Positions 12,304 through 21,456 of a stretch of 64,000 nt of DNA are shown here, piece after piece. The translations under genes were made by a program, and so were the position numbers. Source of the stretch: Intrasporangium sp. (GTDB lineage Bacteria > Actinomycetota > Actinomycetes > Actinomycetales > Dermatophilaceae). The notes beneath the pieces were generated by a model that saw nothing but the letters and a program-made list of their open reading frames with translations, was not told the DNA's origin and did not search any database. The stretch lies in NCBI RefSeq assembly GCF_035688975.1, contig NZ_DASSMH010000115.1:41253-105252 (forward strand), given 5' to 3'. The first letter of the stretch is position 1. Each line of letters starts with the position of its first letter.

Positions 12304-13216
12304 GGTGCCGCTGCCGTGGGCCGACCGGTTCACGGCAACGGGGCAGCGGGTGCGGGTCCGGCCGCCCACGAGCGCCGACGCGGCGGCATACGTCGAGGCG
12401 GTGACGCGCTCGGCCGGTCGGCTGTCGGACTTCGCCCTGCCCGACCCGCACAACCTGCCCGCGGTGGTCGCCGCCCAGTCGGCGACCTACCGCTCCTTTC
12501 TCATCCTCGCCCGGGACGCGGCCGGCGACCACGGCCTCGTCGGGCGGGTCAACGTCGCCAACATCGTCGGGGGTGCGTTTCGCAGCGCGACGCTCGGCTA
12601 CGACGCCTACGACCCGTATGCCGGGAAGGGCCTCTTCGCCGAGGGGCTTGGCCTCGTGCTCGACATCGCGTTCACCGACGAGCCGCGCGGCCTCGGCCTG
12701 CACCGGGTCGAGGCCAACATCCAGCCGGCCAACACGCGCTCGGCCGGGGTCGTGCGCTCGCTCGGCTTCACCCACGAGGGGTTCAGCCGTGGCTTCCTGC
12801 ACATGGCCGGTCCCGACGGCCGCCGGGACTGGCGTGACCACGACCGCTACGCCATCCTCTCCAGCGACTGGCCGGCCGCTCCCTACCACCGGCACTCGCG
12901 CACGCGGCTGGCCGCCGTCGTCAACCTGCGCCCCGGCTGGGACGCTGGGCGGCTCGCCCCGCAGCTCGCCGCGGAGCTGGGGCTGCCGCTCTACGGCGAG
13001 CACGTCGTCCCCGACCACGACGCGCTCTGGGAGCTGCTGCGGATCTCCCCGGTCGGCGGCGTCGTCGAGTGCCGCCTGTCGCCGCCGGAGCTGCGCATCG
13101 GCCTCGCCCGGGCGCGCTTCGACCCCGCCGTGGTGCCCGTCGTCTCGTCGGCGTCCGAGGCCGACAAGCGCGAGGTCGCCGCCCTGGCGCTGCGGGTGCG
13201 GGCGGCATACGCGTGA
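12293..13216 (+). CDS. GNAT N-acetyltransferase (RimJ/RimL-like) with an uncharacterised C-terminal domain of about 110 aa
   Basis: [36 protein letters not shown]...[29 protein letters not shown] is a typical RimJ-type GNAT. Start is ambiguous (TTG 12293 or GTG 12305) and overlaps the upstream stop. Confidence 0.75.
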   Translation: MSVEVPLPWADRFTATGQRVRVRPPTSADAAAYVEAVTRSAGRLSDFALPDPHNLPAVVAAQSATYRSFLILARDAAGDHGLVGRVNVANIVGGAFRSATLGYDAYDPYAGKGLFAEGLGLVLDIAFTDEPRGLGLHRVEANIQPANTRSAGVVRSLGFTHEGFSRGFLHMAGPDGRRDWRDHDRYAILSSDWPAAPYHRHSRTRLAAVVNLRPGWDAGRLAPQLAAELGLPLYGEHVVPDHDALWELLRISPVGGVVECRLSPPELRIGLARARFDPAVVPVVSSASEADKREVAALALRVRAAYA

Positions 13217-13421
13217 GGGCTGCGGCACCGGGCGGCGGGGGAGGCCCGGCCGCTGCCGATTCGGCTCCGCTCCGCACGTCTGGCAGAATGACCCGCTGTA
13301 CCCGTCCGGGCGGGGCCCTCTTCCCCCGGTCCGGAACGCCTACACCGAGCATCGGTACCCCGCGTGTTCCCCACCCGGTCTCGCCGTGCTCACCTCACAG
13401 AAAACAGGAGACACCACGACC

Positions 13422-13970
13422 GTGGCCGTCAAGATCCGTCTGAAGCGCATGGGCAAGATCCGTGCACCGTTCTACCGCGTCGTCGTCATGGACTCGCGCG
13501 TCAAGCGTGATGGCCGGGCCATCGAGGAGATCGGCAAGTACCACCCCACCGAGGAGCCCTCGCTCATCGAGATCGATGGTGAGCGGGCGCAGTACTGGCT
13601 GCGGCAGGGCGCCCAGCCCACCGAGACCGTCGAGGCGCTGCTGAAGGTGACTGGCGACTGGCAGGCCGCCAAGGGCCTCGAGGGCGCCGAGGGCACGCTT
13701 CGCGTCAAGGAGCCCAAGACCTCGAAGAAGGACCTCTACGAGGCCGCGCTCGCCGCCGCCGGCAAGGCCGACGACGCCAAGGACGGAGCCACCACGGGCC
13801 GCAAGCGGGCCGAGAAGAAGGTCGAGTCGCCCAAGGCCGAGTCGCCTAAGGCCGAGTCGCCCAAGGCCGACACGCCCGACGTCGCCGCCATCGAGGACGC
13901 CGTCGAGCGCGACGTCATCCGCGAGGAGGAGGCCGAGCGCAGCCTCACCTCCGAGACGACCGAGGACTGA
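13422..13970 (+). CDS. rpsP: 30S ribosomal protein S16 with a long acidic/Lys C-terminal extension
   Basis: GTG start with AGGAG at 13406-13410. [42 protein letters not shown]. The C-terminal extension includes (ESPKA)x3. Confidence 0.95.
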   Translation: MAVKIRLKRMGKIRAPFYRVVVMDSRVKRDGRAIEEIGKYHPTEEPSLIEIDGERAQYWLRQGAQPTETVEALLKVTGDWQAAKGLEGAEGTLRVKEPKTSKKDLYEAALAAAGKADDAKDGATTGRKRAEKKVESPKAESPKAESPKADTPDVAAIEDAVERDVIREEEAERSLTSETTED

Positions 13971-13972
13971 GC

Positions 13973-14215
13973 ATGCTCGAGGAGGCGCTCGAGCACCTCG
14001 TCAAGGGCATCGTCGAGCACGACGAGGACGTCGTCGTGCGCCGCAAGGAGCTGCGGCGCGGTGAGCTGCTCGAGGTGCGGGTCCACCCCGACGACCTCGG
14101 GCGCGTCATCGGCCGCTCCGGGCGCACGGCGAGCGCCCTGCGCACCGTCGTCAACGCCCTCGCCGGCAACGGCAACGTGCGCGTCGACATCGTCGACACC
14201 GACCAGGTGCGCTGA
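13973..14215 (+). CDS. KH-domain RNA-binding protein (YlqC/UPF0109 family)
   Basis: 80 aa with the GRVIGRSGRTASALRTVV KH motif. Conserved position between rpsP and rimM. Confidence 0.9.
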   Translation: MLEEALEHLVKGIVEHDEDVVVRRKELRRGELLEVRVHPDDLGRVIGRSGRTASALRTVVNALAGNGNVRVDIVDTDQVR

Positions 14216-14235
14216 GCGCAGCGTCTCTTCCGCCC

Positions 14236-14275
14236 GAGGCGGGGCGTCTCCGGTCGACCGGAGACGCCCCGCCTC
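14236..14275 (+). terminator. Perfect 40-nt palindrome (hairpin), probable intrinsic terminator or attenuator
   Basis: GAGGCGGGGCGTCTCCGGTCGACCGGAGACGCCCCGCCTC, 20 nt after the KH-protein stop. There is no clear U-tract (I-shaped type common in actinobacteria). Confidence 0.5.
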
Positions 14276-14345
14276 GCGTGGTCGTCCGGTCGTCTTCCGT
14301 ATGCCGTGCCGCCCCGCTGCCGTCCCGCCTGAGAGGATGCCCGGC

Positions 14346-14879
14346 ATGAGCGTCGTCCTCGCCCGCATCGGCAAGCCCCACGGACTGCACGGCGAGGTCA
14401 CCGTGCAGCTGCACACCGACAGCCCCGAGACCCGCTTCGCCGAGGGTGCCGTCCTCGACACGCAGGCGGCCCCCGGGTCAGGGGTGCCGCACCGGCTGAC
14501 GATCCGGTCGACGCGCGTGCACAACGGCATCTGGCTGCTCGCCTTCGCCGAGGTCCCGGACCGGACCGGCGCCGAGGGACTGCGCGGCACCCGGCTCGTC
14601 CTCGACGAGGCGGCCGTGGAGCCCGACGAGGACGACGACGGCTTCTACGAGGAGGAGCTCGTCGGCCTCGAGGTGCGCGACCCGGCCGGCCACGTCCTCG
14701 GCACCGTGACGGGGCTCGAGGTGGGCGTGGCCCAGGACCGGCTCGTGCTCGAGCTCAGCGACGGCGTCACGGCATACGTGCCCTTCGTGGAGCAGATCGT
14801 GCCGGCGGTCGAGTCGGACCACGTCGTCGTCGACGCACCCGCGGGACTGTTCGACCTCTACCGCGAGGGGACCCGGTGA
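14346..14879 (+). CDS. rimM: 16S rRNA processing protein RimM
   Basis: [31 protein letters not shown]... PRC-barrel C-terminus. Conserved operon position. Confidence 0.92.
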   Translation: MSVVLARIGKPHGLHGEVTVQLHTDSPETRFAEGAVLDTQAAPGSGVPHRLTIRSTRVHNGIWLLAFAEVPDRTGAEGLRGTRLVLDEAAVEPDEDDDGFYEEELVGLEVRDPAGHVLGTVTGLEVGVAQDRLVLELSDGVTAYVPFVEQIVPAVESDHVVVDAPAGLFDLYREGTR

Positions 14880-14895
14880 GGCGGAGCGGGCGCCG

Positions 14896-16065
14896 ATGAG
14901 GATCGACGTCGTCTCGATCTTCCCCGACTACCTCGCGCCGCTCGACCTCTCCCTCCTCGGCAAGGCGCGTGAGGCCGGGCTCCTCGACGTGCGCGTGCAC
15001 GACCTGCGCGGCTTCACGCACGACCGGCACCGGACCGTCGACGACACGCCCTACGGCGGCGGCCCCGGGATGGTGATGAAGCCCGAGCCCTGGGCCGAGG
15101 CGCTGGGACACGTCGTGGCACAAGGGAATCCGGGAGGGCGCCCGCACCTCGTCATCCCGGGGCCGGGCGGCACGCTCTTCACCCAGGCCATCGCCCGTCG
15201 CCTGGCGCGGGAGCCCTGGCTGGCCTTCGCGTGCGGCCGCTACGAGGGCATCGACGAGCGGGTCTACGAGCACGCCGCGCACGACCTGGGGCTCGAGGTG
15301 TCGGTCCTCAGCCTCGGCGACTACGTCCTCAACGGCGGCGAGGTGGCGGTGCTCGCGATGGTCGAGGCGATCGCCCGGCTCGTGCCCGGGGTGGTCGGCA
15401 ACGCCGAGTCGCTCGTCGAGGAGTCCCACGAGGACGGCCTGCTCGAGTACCCCGTCTACACCCGCCCGCAGACGTGGCGGGGGCGGCAGGTGCCGGCGGT
15501 GCTGCTCTCCGGTGACCACGCGGCCATCGACCGGTGGCGGCACGAGCAGCGCCTCGCCCGCACGGCCGCGCGCCGGCCCGACCTGCTGCACGCGTCGCAC
15601 GCCGACGCCGACCTCGAGGTGCGGCTCGCCGTGCCCGCGGACGCGCCCGAGCTGTTCACGCTGACCCGGGCCTGCTGGGTGCAGGAGGCGCAGGCCAACG
15701 ACACCCTCGACATCCCGGCCCTCGTCGAGGACTACGACACGGTGCGGGCGAGCCTCGCCTCGACGCGGACGTGGGTGGCGCGCCGGGGGGGACGGCTCGT
15801 CGGGTCGGTCCGGACCGAGCAGCGCGGCGACGAGCTGTACGTCGGCCGGCTCATGGTCGCGCCGGACCTGCAGGGGCAGGGACTGGGCCGGCGCCTGCTC
15901 GAGCACGCCGAGTCCACCGCGCCCGACGGCATACGGGCCTACCGGCTGCTCACCGGCGCCGGCAGCGTGGCCAACCTCCGGCGCTACCGCCGCGCCGGCT
16001 ACCGTCCCGTGCCGGGGGAGCCGAGCATCCCAGGCACGGTCGAGCTCGTGAAGCGTCGGCGCTGA
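14896..16065 (+). CDS. trmD: tRNA (guanine37-N1)-methyltransferase TrmD fused to a C-terminal GNAT acetyltransferase domain
   Basis: Residues 1 to about 235 are TrmD ([13 protein letters not shown]..., [39 protein letters not shown]). Residues about 240-389 are GNAT ([24 protein letters not shown]...YRRAGYRPV). One uninterrupted frame. Confidence 0.88.
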   Translation: MRIDVVSIFPDYLAPLDLSLLGKAREAGLLDVRVHDLRGFTHDRHRTVDDTPYGGGPGMVMKPEPWAEALGHVVAQGNPGGRPHLVIPGPGGTLFTQAIARRLAREPWLAFACGRYEGIDERVYEHAAHDLGLEVSVLSLGDYVLNGGEVAVLAMVEAIARLVPGVVGNAESLVEESHEDGLLEYPVYTRPQTWRGRQVPAVLLSGDHAAIDRWRHEQRLARTAARRPDLLHASHADADLEVRLAVPADAPELFTLTRACWVQEAQANDTLDIPALVEDYDTVRASLASTRTWVARRGGRLVGSVRTEQRGDELYVGRLMVAPDLQGQGLGRRLLEHAESTAPDGIRAYRLLTGAGSVANLRRYRRAGYRPVPGEPSIPGTVELVKRRR

Positions 16066-16255
16066 GCACGATTTCGGGTATGCCGTGCCGCTCTGGCACA
16101 CTGGTCGCTTGCGTCCGGCATCAGACGGCCCCTGCCACAGGGGGAGTCGAGCCGGCTCCCGCGCAGCGGCGCGGGTCGGCCCGACGTGGCCCGACGGACG
16201 CACGACCAGCATTCACCCCGGGTGGCCTGTGGCACCGCGAGAAAGCGAAGCAGCC

Positions 16256-16633
16256 ATGCACACGTTCGACGAGCTCAACGCCGCCTCCCTGCGCACGGAC
16301 GTGCCGGAGTTCCGCGCCGGCGACACCGTCAAGGTCCACGTCAAGGTCATCGAGGGCACCCGCTCGCGCGTCCAGATCTTCCAGGGCATCGTCATCCGCC
16401 GCCACGGCGGTGGCATCGGCGAGACGTTCACGGTCCGCAAGGTCTCCTTCGGGGTGGGCGTCGAGCGCACCTTCCCCCTGCACACCCCGGTCATCGACAA
16501 GATCGAGCTCGTCACGCGCGGCGACGTGCGCCGCGCCAAGCTCTACTACCTGCGCGGGCTGCGCGGCAAGGCCGCCAAGATCCGCGAGAAGCGCGAGACG
16601 GTCCCGGCCAAGGCTGCCAGCAAGACCAGCTGA
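16256..16633 (+). CDS. rplS: 50S ribosomal protein L19
   Basis: [47 protein letters not shown]..., 125 aa. Confidence 0.96.
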   Translation: MHTFDELNAASLRTDVPEFRAGDTVKVHVKVIEGTRSRVQIFQGIVIRRHGGGIGETFTVRKVSFGVGVERTFPLHTPVIDKIELVTRGDVRRAKLYYLRGLRGKAAKIREKRETVPAKAASKTS

Positions 16634-16643
16634 CGCGCCGGCG

Positions 16644-17384
16644 TTGATCCTCGGACGGCGCGGTCGCCCCGCCGCGGCCCAGCCTCCCCGCCCGGGAGCG
16701 CCGGGCGGCGCCGGGGCGGCCGCGCCGTCGGCGTCGCGGCGCCGTCCGCTCGCGTGGCTCGTGGCCCCCGCCGCCGTGCTCCTCGCGGTCGTGGCGGTCC
16801 GGGCGCTGCTCGTCGCGCCCTTCTCGATCCCGAGCGGGTCGATGGAGCCCACGCTCGAGGTCGGCGACCGCATCCTCGTCACGCGCGCGACCGCGCCCGA
16901 CGGGCTCCGGCGTGGTGACGTCGTGGTCTTCGACGCCGCGCGGGCCTTCGGCCTCGCCACGACCGGCCATGGGGTCGTCGCGAGCATCGGCGAGGCCCTC
17001 GGCACCCTGGTGGGTCACGGGCCAGAGACCGACTACGTCAAGCGGGTGATCGGCCTGCCCGGTGACCACGTCCGGTGCTGCGACGCGGCCGACCGGGTGG
17101 TCGTCAACGACGAGCCGGTGGATGAGCCCTACGTCTACCCGGGGGACCGCCCCAGTGACCATCCCTTCGACGTCGTCGTCCCGGCAGGCTCCTTCTGGGT
17201 GCTCGGCGACCACCGATCCGCGTCCGCTGACTCCCGTGCCCACCTCGGCGACCCCGGCGGTGGGATGGTGCCCGGAGAGGACATCATCGGTCAGGTTTGG
17301 ATGCGATACTGGCCGCTCGGTCGGGCCGGGAGGCTCGCATCCGGCCCCCAGCCCAGTTCCGCGAGCCCACGAAACGGTCAGTGA
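16644..17384 (+). CDS. lepB: Signal peptidase I (paralogue 1)
   Basis: TM segment, then the catalytic FSIPSGSMEPTL (Ser), [11 protein letters not shown] (Lys box) and VLGDHRSASADSR. The start is uncertain because there is no in-frame ATG; TTG 16644 is proposed. Confidence 0.8.
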   Translation: MILGRRGRPAAAQPPRPGAPGGAGAAAPSASRRRPLAWLVAPAAVLLAVVAVRALLVAPFSIPSGSMEPTLEVGDRILVTRATAPDGLRRGDVVVFDAARAFGLATTGHGVVASIGEALGTLVGHGPETDYVKRVIGLPGDHVRCCDAADRVVVNDEPVDEPYVYPGDRPSDHPFDVVVPAGSFWVLGDHRSASADSRAHLGDPGGGMVPGEDIIGQVWMRYWPLGRAGRLASGPQPSSASPRNGQ

Positions 17385-18322
17385 TGTCGACGCAGCAGCC
17401 CGGACGCCACCCCGACGACCCGGTCGTGGAGCGCCCGGACGAGGACTCCGCCCTGCGCCGGGTGCAGCCGAGCCCCGGTGGGCCCCTCGAGGAGGAGGCG
17501 GACGAGCCGTCCGCCGGCGTCCTCGACTCGGTCCTGGCGGGCCTCAAGGAGATCGTCATCGTCGTCGTGCTGGCCATGGCGCTGTCGTTCGTGGTCAAGA
17601 CGTGGCTCTTCCAGGCCTTCTACATCCCCTCCGGGTCGATGGAGGACACGCTCGTGCGCGACGACCGGGTCATCGTCAGCAAGCTGACCCCGGGCCCGTT
17701 CGACCTGCGCCGCGGTGACGTGGTCGTCTTCGAGGACCCGGGTGGGCCGGTGCCCTGGCTCTCCGGGGTGCAGGGCTCGTCGTCGACCGTGGGAGGCCCG
17801 TTCCACGACGCGCTCGTCTTCGTCGGGCTGCTGCCCGAGGACGCGGAGAACCACCTCATCAAGCGGGTCATCGGCCTGCCGGGCGACCACGTTCAGGCCG
17901 ACGGCAGGAGCGGGGACATCAAGGTCAACGGCGTGCCGATCACCGAGCCCTACGTCAAGGCGGGCGACGAGCCCAGCGAGGACAAGCCGTTCGACGTCGT
18001 CGTCCCGGCCGGGCGCGTCTGGGTCATGGGCGACCACCGGTCCGACTCCTCGGACTCGAGGTTTCACGATGACGGCACCGGGGCCACGGGCTCCGTGCCC
18101 ATGGACAAGATCGTCGGCCGGGCCCTTTTCATCGTGTGGCCGATCGACCACGTGACGTGGCTCGGCGTGCCGGAGCGGACCTTCGGCGCGGTGCCGTCAC
18201 CGTCCGCCATCACGCCCGCCAAGCCGCGCACGACGACGACCACCGTCCCTGGTGGCAAGGCCACGCCCCCCCGCGCCACGACAAGGCCGGCCGCCACCGT
18301 GGGCAAAGCACCTGCGGCCTAG
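17384..18322 (+). CDS. lepB: Signal peptidase I (paralogue 2) with a Pro/Thr-rich C-terminal tail
   Basis: The ATG overlaps the upstream TGA (TGATG). [23 protein letters not shown] and [13 protein letters not shown]. Confidence 0.88.
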   Translation: MSTQQPGRHPDDPVVERPDEDSALRRVQPSPGGPLEEEADEPSAGVLDSVLAGLKEIVIVVVLAMALSFVVKTWLFQAFYIPSGSMEDTLVRDDRVIVSKLTPGPFDLRRGDVVVFEDPGGPVPWLSGVQGSSSTVGGPFHDALVFVGLLPEDAENHLIKRVIGLPGDHVQADGRSGDIKVNGVPITEPYVKAGDEPSEDKPFDVVVPAGRVWVMGDHRSDSSDSRFHDDGTGATGSVPMDKIVGRALFIVWPIDHVTWLGVPERTFGAVPSPSAITPAKPRTTTTTVPGGKATPPRATTRPAATVGKAPAA

Positions 18323-18332
18323 CCCGACCGTC

Positions 18333-19061
18333 ATGGCCACCTCCTCCCGGAAGCCCTCGCTGCGCGTCGAGCGTGAGCTGCAGCGACAGGGCCACCGACT
18401 GCTCGCCGGCATGGACGAGGTCGGCCGCGGCGCCCTCGCGGGGCCGGTGAGTGTCGGCGTCGTCGTCATCGACGAGGCGGTCCGGTCGGCTCCGGTCGGC
18501 GTCAAGGACTCCAAGCTGCTCACCGGACGGGCGCGTGCCGGCCTCGTGCCACGGATCCAGCGGTGGGCGGTGGCGCACGCCGTCGGGCATGCCGGCCCCG
18601 ACGAGATCGACGCCATCGGCATTCTCGCCGCGCTGCGCGTCGCCGGCATCCGCGCCCTCGCCGCGCTGGGCGTCGCGCCCGACCTCGTCATCCTCGACGG
18701 CAACCACGACTGGCTGACCGCCCCGACGGATGTGGGGCTGCTCGCCTTCACGGGGGACCGACCCGTCACCCCACCGGTCGTGACGATGATCAAGGCGGAC
18801 CTGCGGTGCTCCAGCGTCGCGGCCGCCAGCGTCCTCGCCAAGGTGGAGCGCGACGAGCTCATGGTCGGGCTCTCGGCGCACCACCCGGCATACGGGTGGG
18901 GTCTCAACAAGGGGTATGCCGCTCCCGAGCACCTGGACGCGCTGTCCCGGCTGGGGCCGTGCGCACTGCATCGCCGCTCGTGGCGGCTGCCGGGCGTCGT
19001 GGACCACAATGAGTGGCAGGACCTCGCCCCCGGCGAGCAGACAGAAACGGCGGTTCGGTGA
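18333..19061 (+). CDS. rnhB: Ribonuclease HII
   Basis: [22 protein letters not shown] (DEVGRG motif), DSKLL, and [15 protein letters not shown] near the C-terminus. Confidence 0.93.
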   Translation: MATSSRKPSLRVERELQRQGHRLLAGMDEVGRGALAGPVSVGVVVIDEAVRSAPVGVKDSKLLTGRARAGLVPRIQRWAVAHAVGHAGPDEIDAIGILAALRVAGIRALAALGVAPDLVILDGNHDWLTAPTDVGLLAFTGDRPVTPPVVTMIKADLRCSSVAAASVLAKVERDELMVGLSAHHPAYGWGLNKGYAAPEHLDALSRLGPCALHRRSWRLPGVVDHNEWQDLAPGEQTETAVR

Positions 19062-19378
19062 GCTCTGAAGACCTCGAGAAGTACGAGACCGAGATGGAGC
19101 TGCAGCTCTACAAGGAGTATCGCGACGTCGTCGGCCTCTTCACCCACGTCGTCGAGACGGAGCGCCGCTTCTACCTCGCCAACTCCGTCGACGTGAAGGT
19201 GCGCACCGACGGCGGGGAGGTCTTCTTCGACGTGACGATGGCCGACGCGTGGGTGTGGGACATCTACCGACCGGCGCGTTTCGTCAAGAACGTGCGGGTG
19301 ATCACGTTCAAGGACGTCAACGTCGAGGAGCTGCCCAAGCCCGACATCAAGCTGCCGGAGTCCGGCGACTTCTCCTGA
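19058..19378 (+). CDS. DUF2469 family protein
   Basis: The GTG overlaps the rnhB stop (GTGA). [41 protein letters not shown]... is highly conserved in actinobacteria at this locus. Confidence 0.88.
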   Translation: MSSEDLEKYETEMELQLYKEYRDVVGLFTHVVETERRFYLANSVDVKVRTDGGEVFFDVTMADAWVWDIYRPARFVKNVRVITFKDVNVEELPKPDIKLPESGDFS

Positions 19379-19469
19379 GGTCCACAGCGAACATCCACAC
19401 CGAGGGTCCACAGCGAACATCCACACCGAGCGTCCACACCGAGCCGGGCGGGACGCGCGTCGTCCACAG
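19379..19469 (+). repeat. Array of six same-strand TCCACA (DnaA-box-core-like) motifs; five lie at a strict 13-bp period (26-bp unit x2 plus a half unit)
   Basis: GGTCCACAGCGAACATCCACACCGAG at 19379-19404 is repeated perfectly at 19405-19430. CGTCCACACCGAG follows at 19431-19443, and GTCCACAGGG at 19462-19471. Confidence 0.85.
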
Positions 19470-19519
19470 GGCCTGCAGGGCGGTGACCGCGCAGGCGCCG
19501 CCGGCCGCAGGCTGGTGGC

Positions 19520-19909
19520 ATGGACTCCCTTCCCAGCCGCATCCTCGGTGACTACGGCGAGCGCCTCGCCTGCCGGTATCTGACCGACCGGGGGCTGACC
19601 GTCCTCGACCGCAACTGGCGCTGCGCGCGGGGCGAGATCGACATCGTCGCCGAGGACGGCGGCTGCATCGTCATCTGCGAGGTGAAGACCCGCAGCTCCG
19701 AGCAATTCGGCGCCCCGTTCGAGGCCGTCACCCAGCGCAAGGTCCGACGGCTCCGACGCCTCGCCGGGCTGTGGCTCGAGACGGGTCGGTCGCCGGCCGA
19801 GGGGACCGGGCGCTCGGTGGCGCCCGGTGGCCTGCGGATCGACGTCATCTCGATCCTCTGCGCACCCGGCGCACCGGCCCGCCTCGAGCACCTGCGCGGC
19901 GTGTCGTGA
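19520..19909 (+). CDS. yraN: YraN family (UPF0102) endonuclease-like protein
   Basis: GERLACRYLTDRGLTVLDRNWRCARGEIDIVAEDGGCIVICEVKTR... is the typical YraN core. Confidence 0.9.
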   Translation: MDSLPSRILGDYGERLACRYLTDRGLTVLDRNWRCARGEIDIVAEDGGCIVICEVKTRSSEQFGAPFEAVTQRKVRRLRRLAGLWLETGRSPAEGTGRSVAPGGLRIDVISILCAPGAPARLEHLRGVS

Positions 19910-21456
19910 GCGGGTTGGGGCGCACCATGGCGGTCGGGCTGCGCGGCGTGACCGGCTTCCTCGTCGACGTCGAGGCGCACGTGTCCCAAGGACTGCCGTC
20001 GTTCGTCATCAGCGGCCTCGGCGACTCCGCCGTCGCGCAGTCGCCGGGGCGGATCCGGGCGGCCGCGTCGGCCCTGGCGCTGCCGGCGAGCCAGCGGCGG
20101 ATCACGGTCAACCTCTCGCCCGCGGGCGTGCGCAAGACCGGGCCGGGGTTCGACCTGGCGATCCTCGTCGCGGTGGCGGCCGCCATGGGCGCCGTGCCGC
20201 AGCGCGTCGTCTCCGACGTGCTGCATCTCGGCGAGCTCGGGCTCGACGGTGCGGTCCGCGGGGTCCCGGGGGTGCTGCCCGCCATCCACGCGGCCGCGCA
20301 GGAGGGCGTCCGGCACGTCGTCGTCCCGGTCGCGAATGCCGCGGAGGCCCGCCTCGTCTCCGGCGTCCAGGTGCACCCGGTCGCCGACGTGGCCGAGCTG
20401 ATGCAGCGCTACGCCAACCTCGCGCGAGGCCGGCCCGTGGTCGAGGTGCCCGTGCCGCCCTCGCGGGAGCCGGCGTCGCCAGCCACGGGGATGGACCTCG
20501 CCGAGGTGCTCGGCCAGGCGGAGGCGAAGCTGGCCCTGGAGATCGCGGCGGCCGGTGGGCACCACCTGCTCATGGCGGGGCCGCCCGGGGCGGGCAAGAC
20601 GATGCTCGCGGAACGGTTGCCCGGCCTGCTGCCGGGCCTCGACGAGCCTCGGTCCATGGAAGTGACGGCCATCCACTCCGTGCTGGGCGTCCTCGGCGAC
20701 GACGTGCGGCTCATCCGGCGGCCGCCCTTCGTCGCCCCACACCACGGAGCGTCGACGGCTGCCGTCATCGGCGGCGGCAGCGGGCGGATCCGCCCCGGTG
20801 CCGTCACGCAGGCCCATGCCGGGGTCCTCTTCCTCGACGAGACGCCCGAGTTCGACAAGAACGTCCTGCAAGCGCTGCGGACCCCCCTCGAGCGCGGCAC
20901 GGTGACTATCGCCAGGGCCGCGGAGACGGTCACCTTCCCAGCCCGCTTCCAGCTGGTCCTCGCCGCGAATCCCTGCCCGTGCGGCCACGGGTGGGGCAAG
21001 GGGCTGGACTGCACCTGCACCCCGCTCCTGCGCCGCAACTACTTCGGCAAGCTCTCCGGGCCCCTGCTCGACCGCGTGGACCTGCAGGTCCACGTGCAGC
21101 CGCCGGGTCTCACGTCCGCGGGACAGGCGCCGGGCGAGACCACCGCCACGGTGGCGGCGCGCGTGGCGCAGGCGCGGGCGGCCCAGCGCCACCGGTGGGC
21201 GGCTGCCCGTCGGGCCGTCGAGCTCAACAGCGAGGTCGCCGGCTCGGTCCTGCGCGAGCCGCCCTGGCGGCTACCGCGCCTGGACACCGCCCCGCTCGAC
21301 CGGGCGCTCGAGCTGGGGTCGATCAGCCTGCGCGGATACGACCGCACGTTGCGCGTGGCGTGGACCATGGCGGACCTCGTGGGGCTGACCCGCCCGGTCC
21401 GCGAGCAGGTGGACCTGGCGCTCTCCTTGCGGCGGCAGGCGGCGGTGGCGGCATGA
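19906..21456 (+). CDS. comM: Mg-chelatase-like AAA+ ATPase YifB/ComM family
   Basis: The GTG overlaps the yraN stop. Lon-like N-domain, Walker A GPPGAGKTMLA, GVLFLDE and a Cys-rich insert (CPCGHGWGKGLDCTC). ATG 19927 is an alternative start. Confidence 0.9.
   Translation: MSGLGRTMAVGLRGVTGFLVDVEAHVSQGLPSFVISGLGDSAVAQSPGRIRAAASALALPASQRRITVNLSPAGVRKTGPGFDLAILVAVAAAMGAVPQRVVSDVLHLGELGLDGAVRGVPGVLPAIHAAAQEGVRHVVVPVANAAEARLVSGVQVHPVADVAELMQRYANLARGRPVVEVPVPPSREPASPATGMDLAEVLGQAEAKLALEIAAAGGHHLLMAGPPGAGKTMLAERLPGLLPGLDEPRSMEVTAIHSVLGVLGDDVRLIRRPPFVAPHHGASTAAVIGGGSGRIRPGAVTQAHAGVLFLDETPEFDKNVLQALRTPLERGTVTIARAAETVTFPARFQLVLAANPCPCGHGWGKGLDCTCTPLLRRNYFGKLSGPLLDRVDLQVHVQPPGLTSAGQAPGETTATVAARVAQARAAQRHRWAAARRAVELNSEVAGSVLREPPWRLPRLDTAPLDRALELGSISLRGYDRTLRVAWTMADLVGLTRPVREQVDLALSLRRQAAVAA

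Noticed and set aside
13800-13870. DNA tandem repeat GTCGAGTCGCCCAAGGCCGA x3
   Set aside because: It is in frame within the rpsP C-terminal extension, encoding (ESPKA)3. This is a coding low-complexity repeat, not an independent element. The same applies to the (GGDF)n-encoding repeat at 41010-41100.
19379-19471. CRISPR array or replication origin at the TCCACA repeats (also considered for 43438-43515, 11034-11196 and 7929-7976)
   Set aside because: The units are contiguous, 12-26 bp long and have no unique spacers, and no cas genes are in the window, so this is not CRISPR. There is no dnaA/dnaN, AT-rich DUE or gene-orientation switch, so it is not oriC. It is kept only as a DnaA-box-like cluster.
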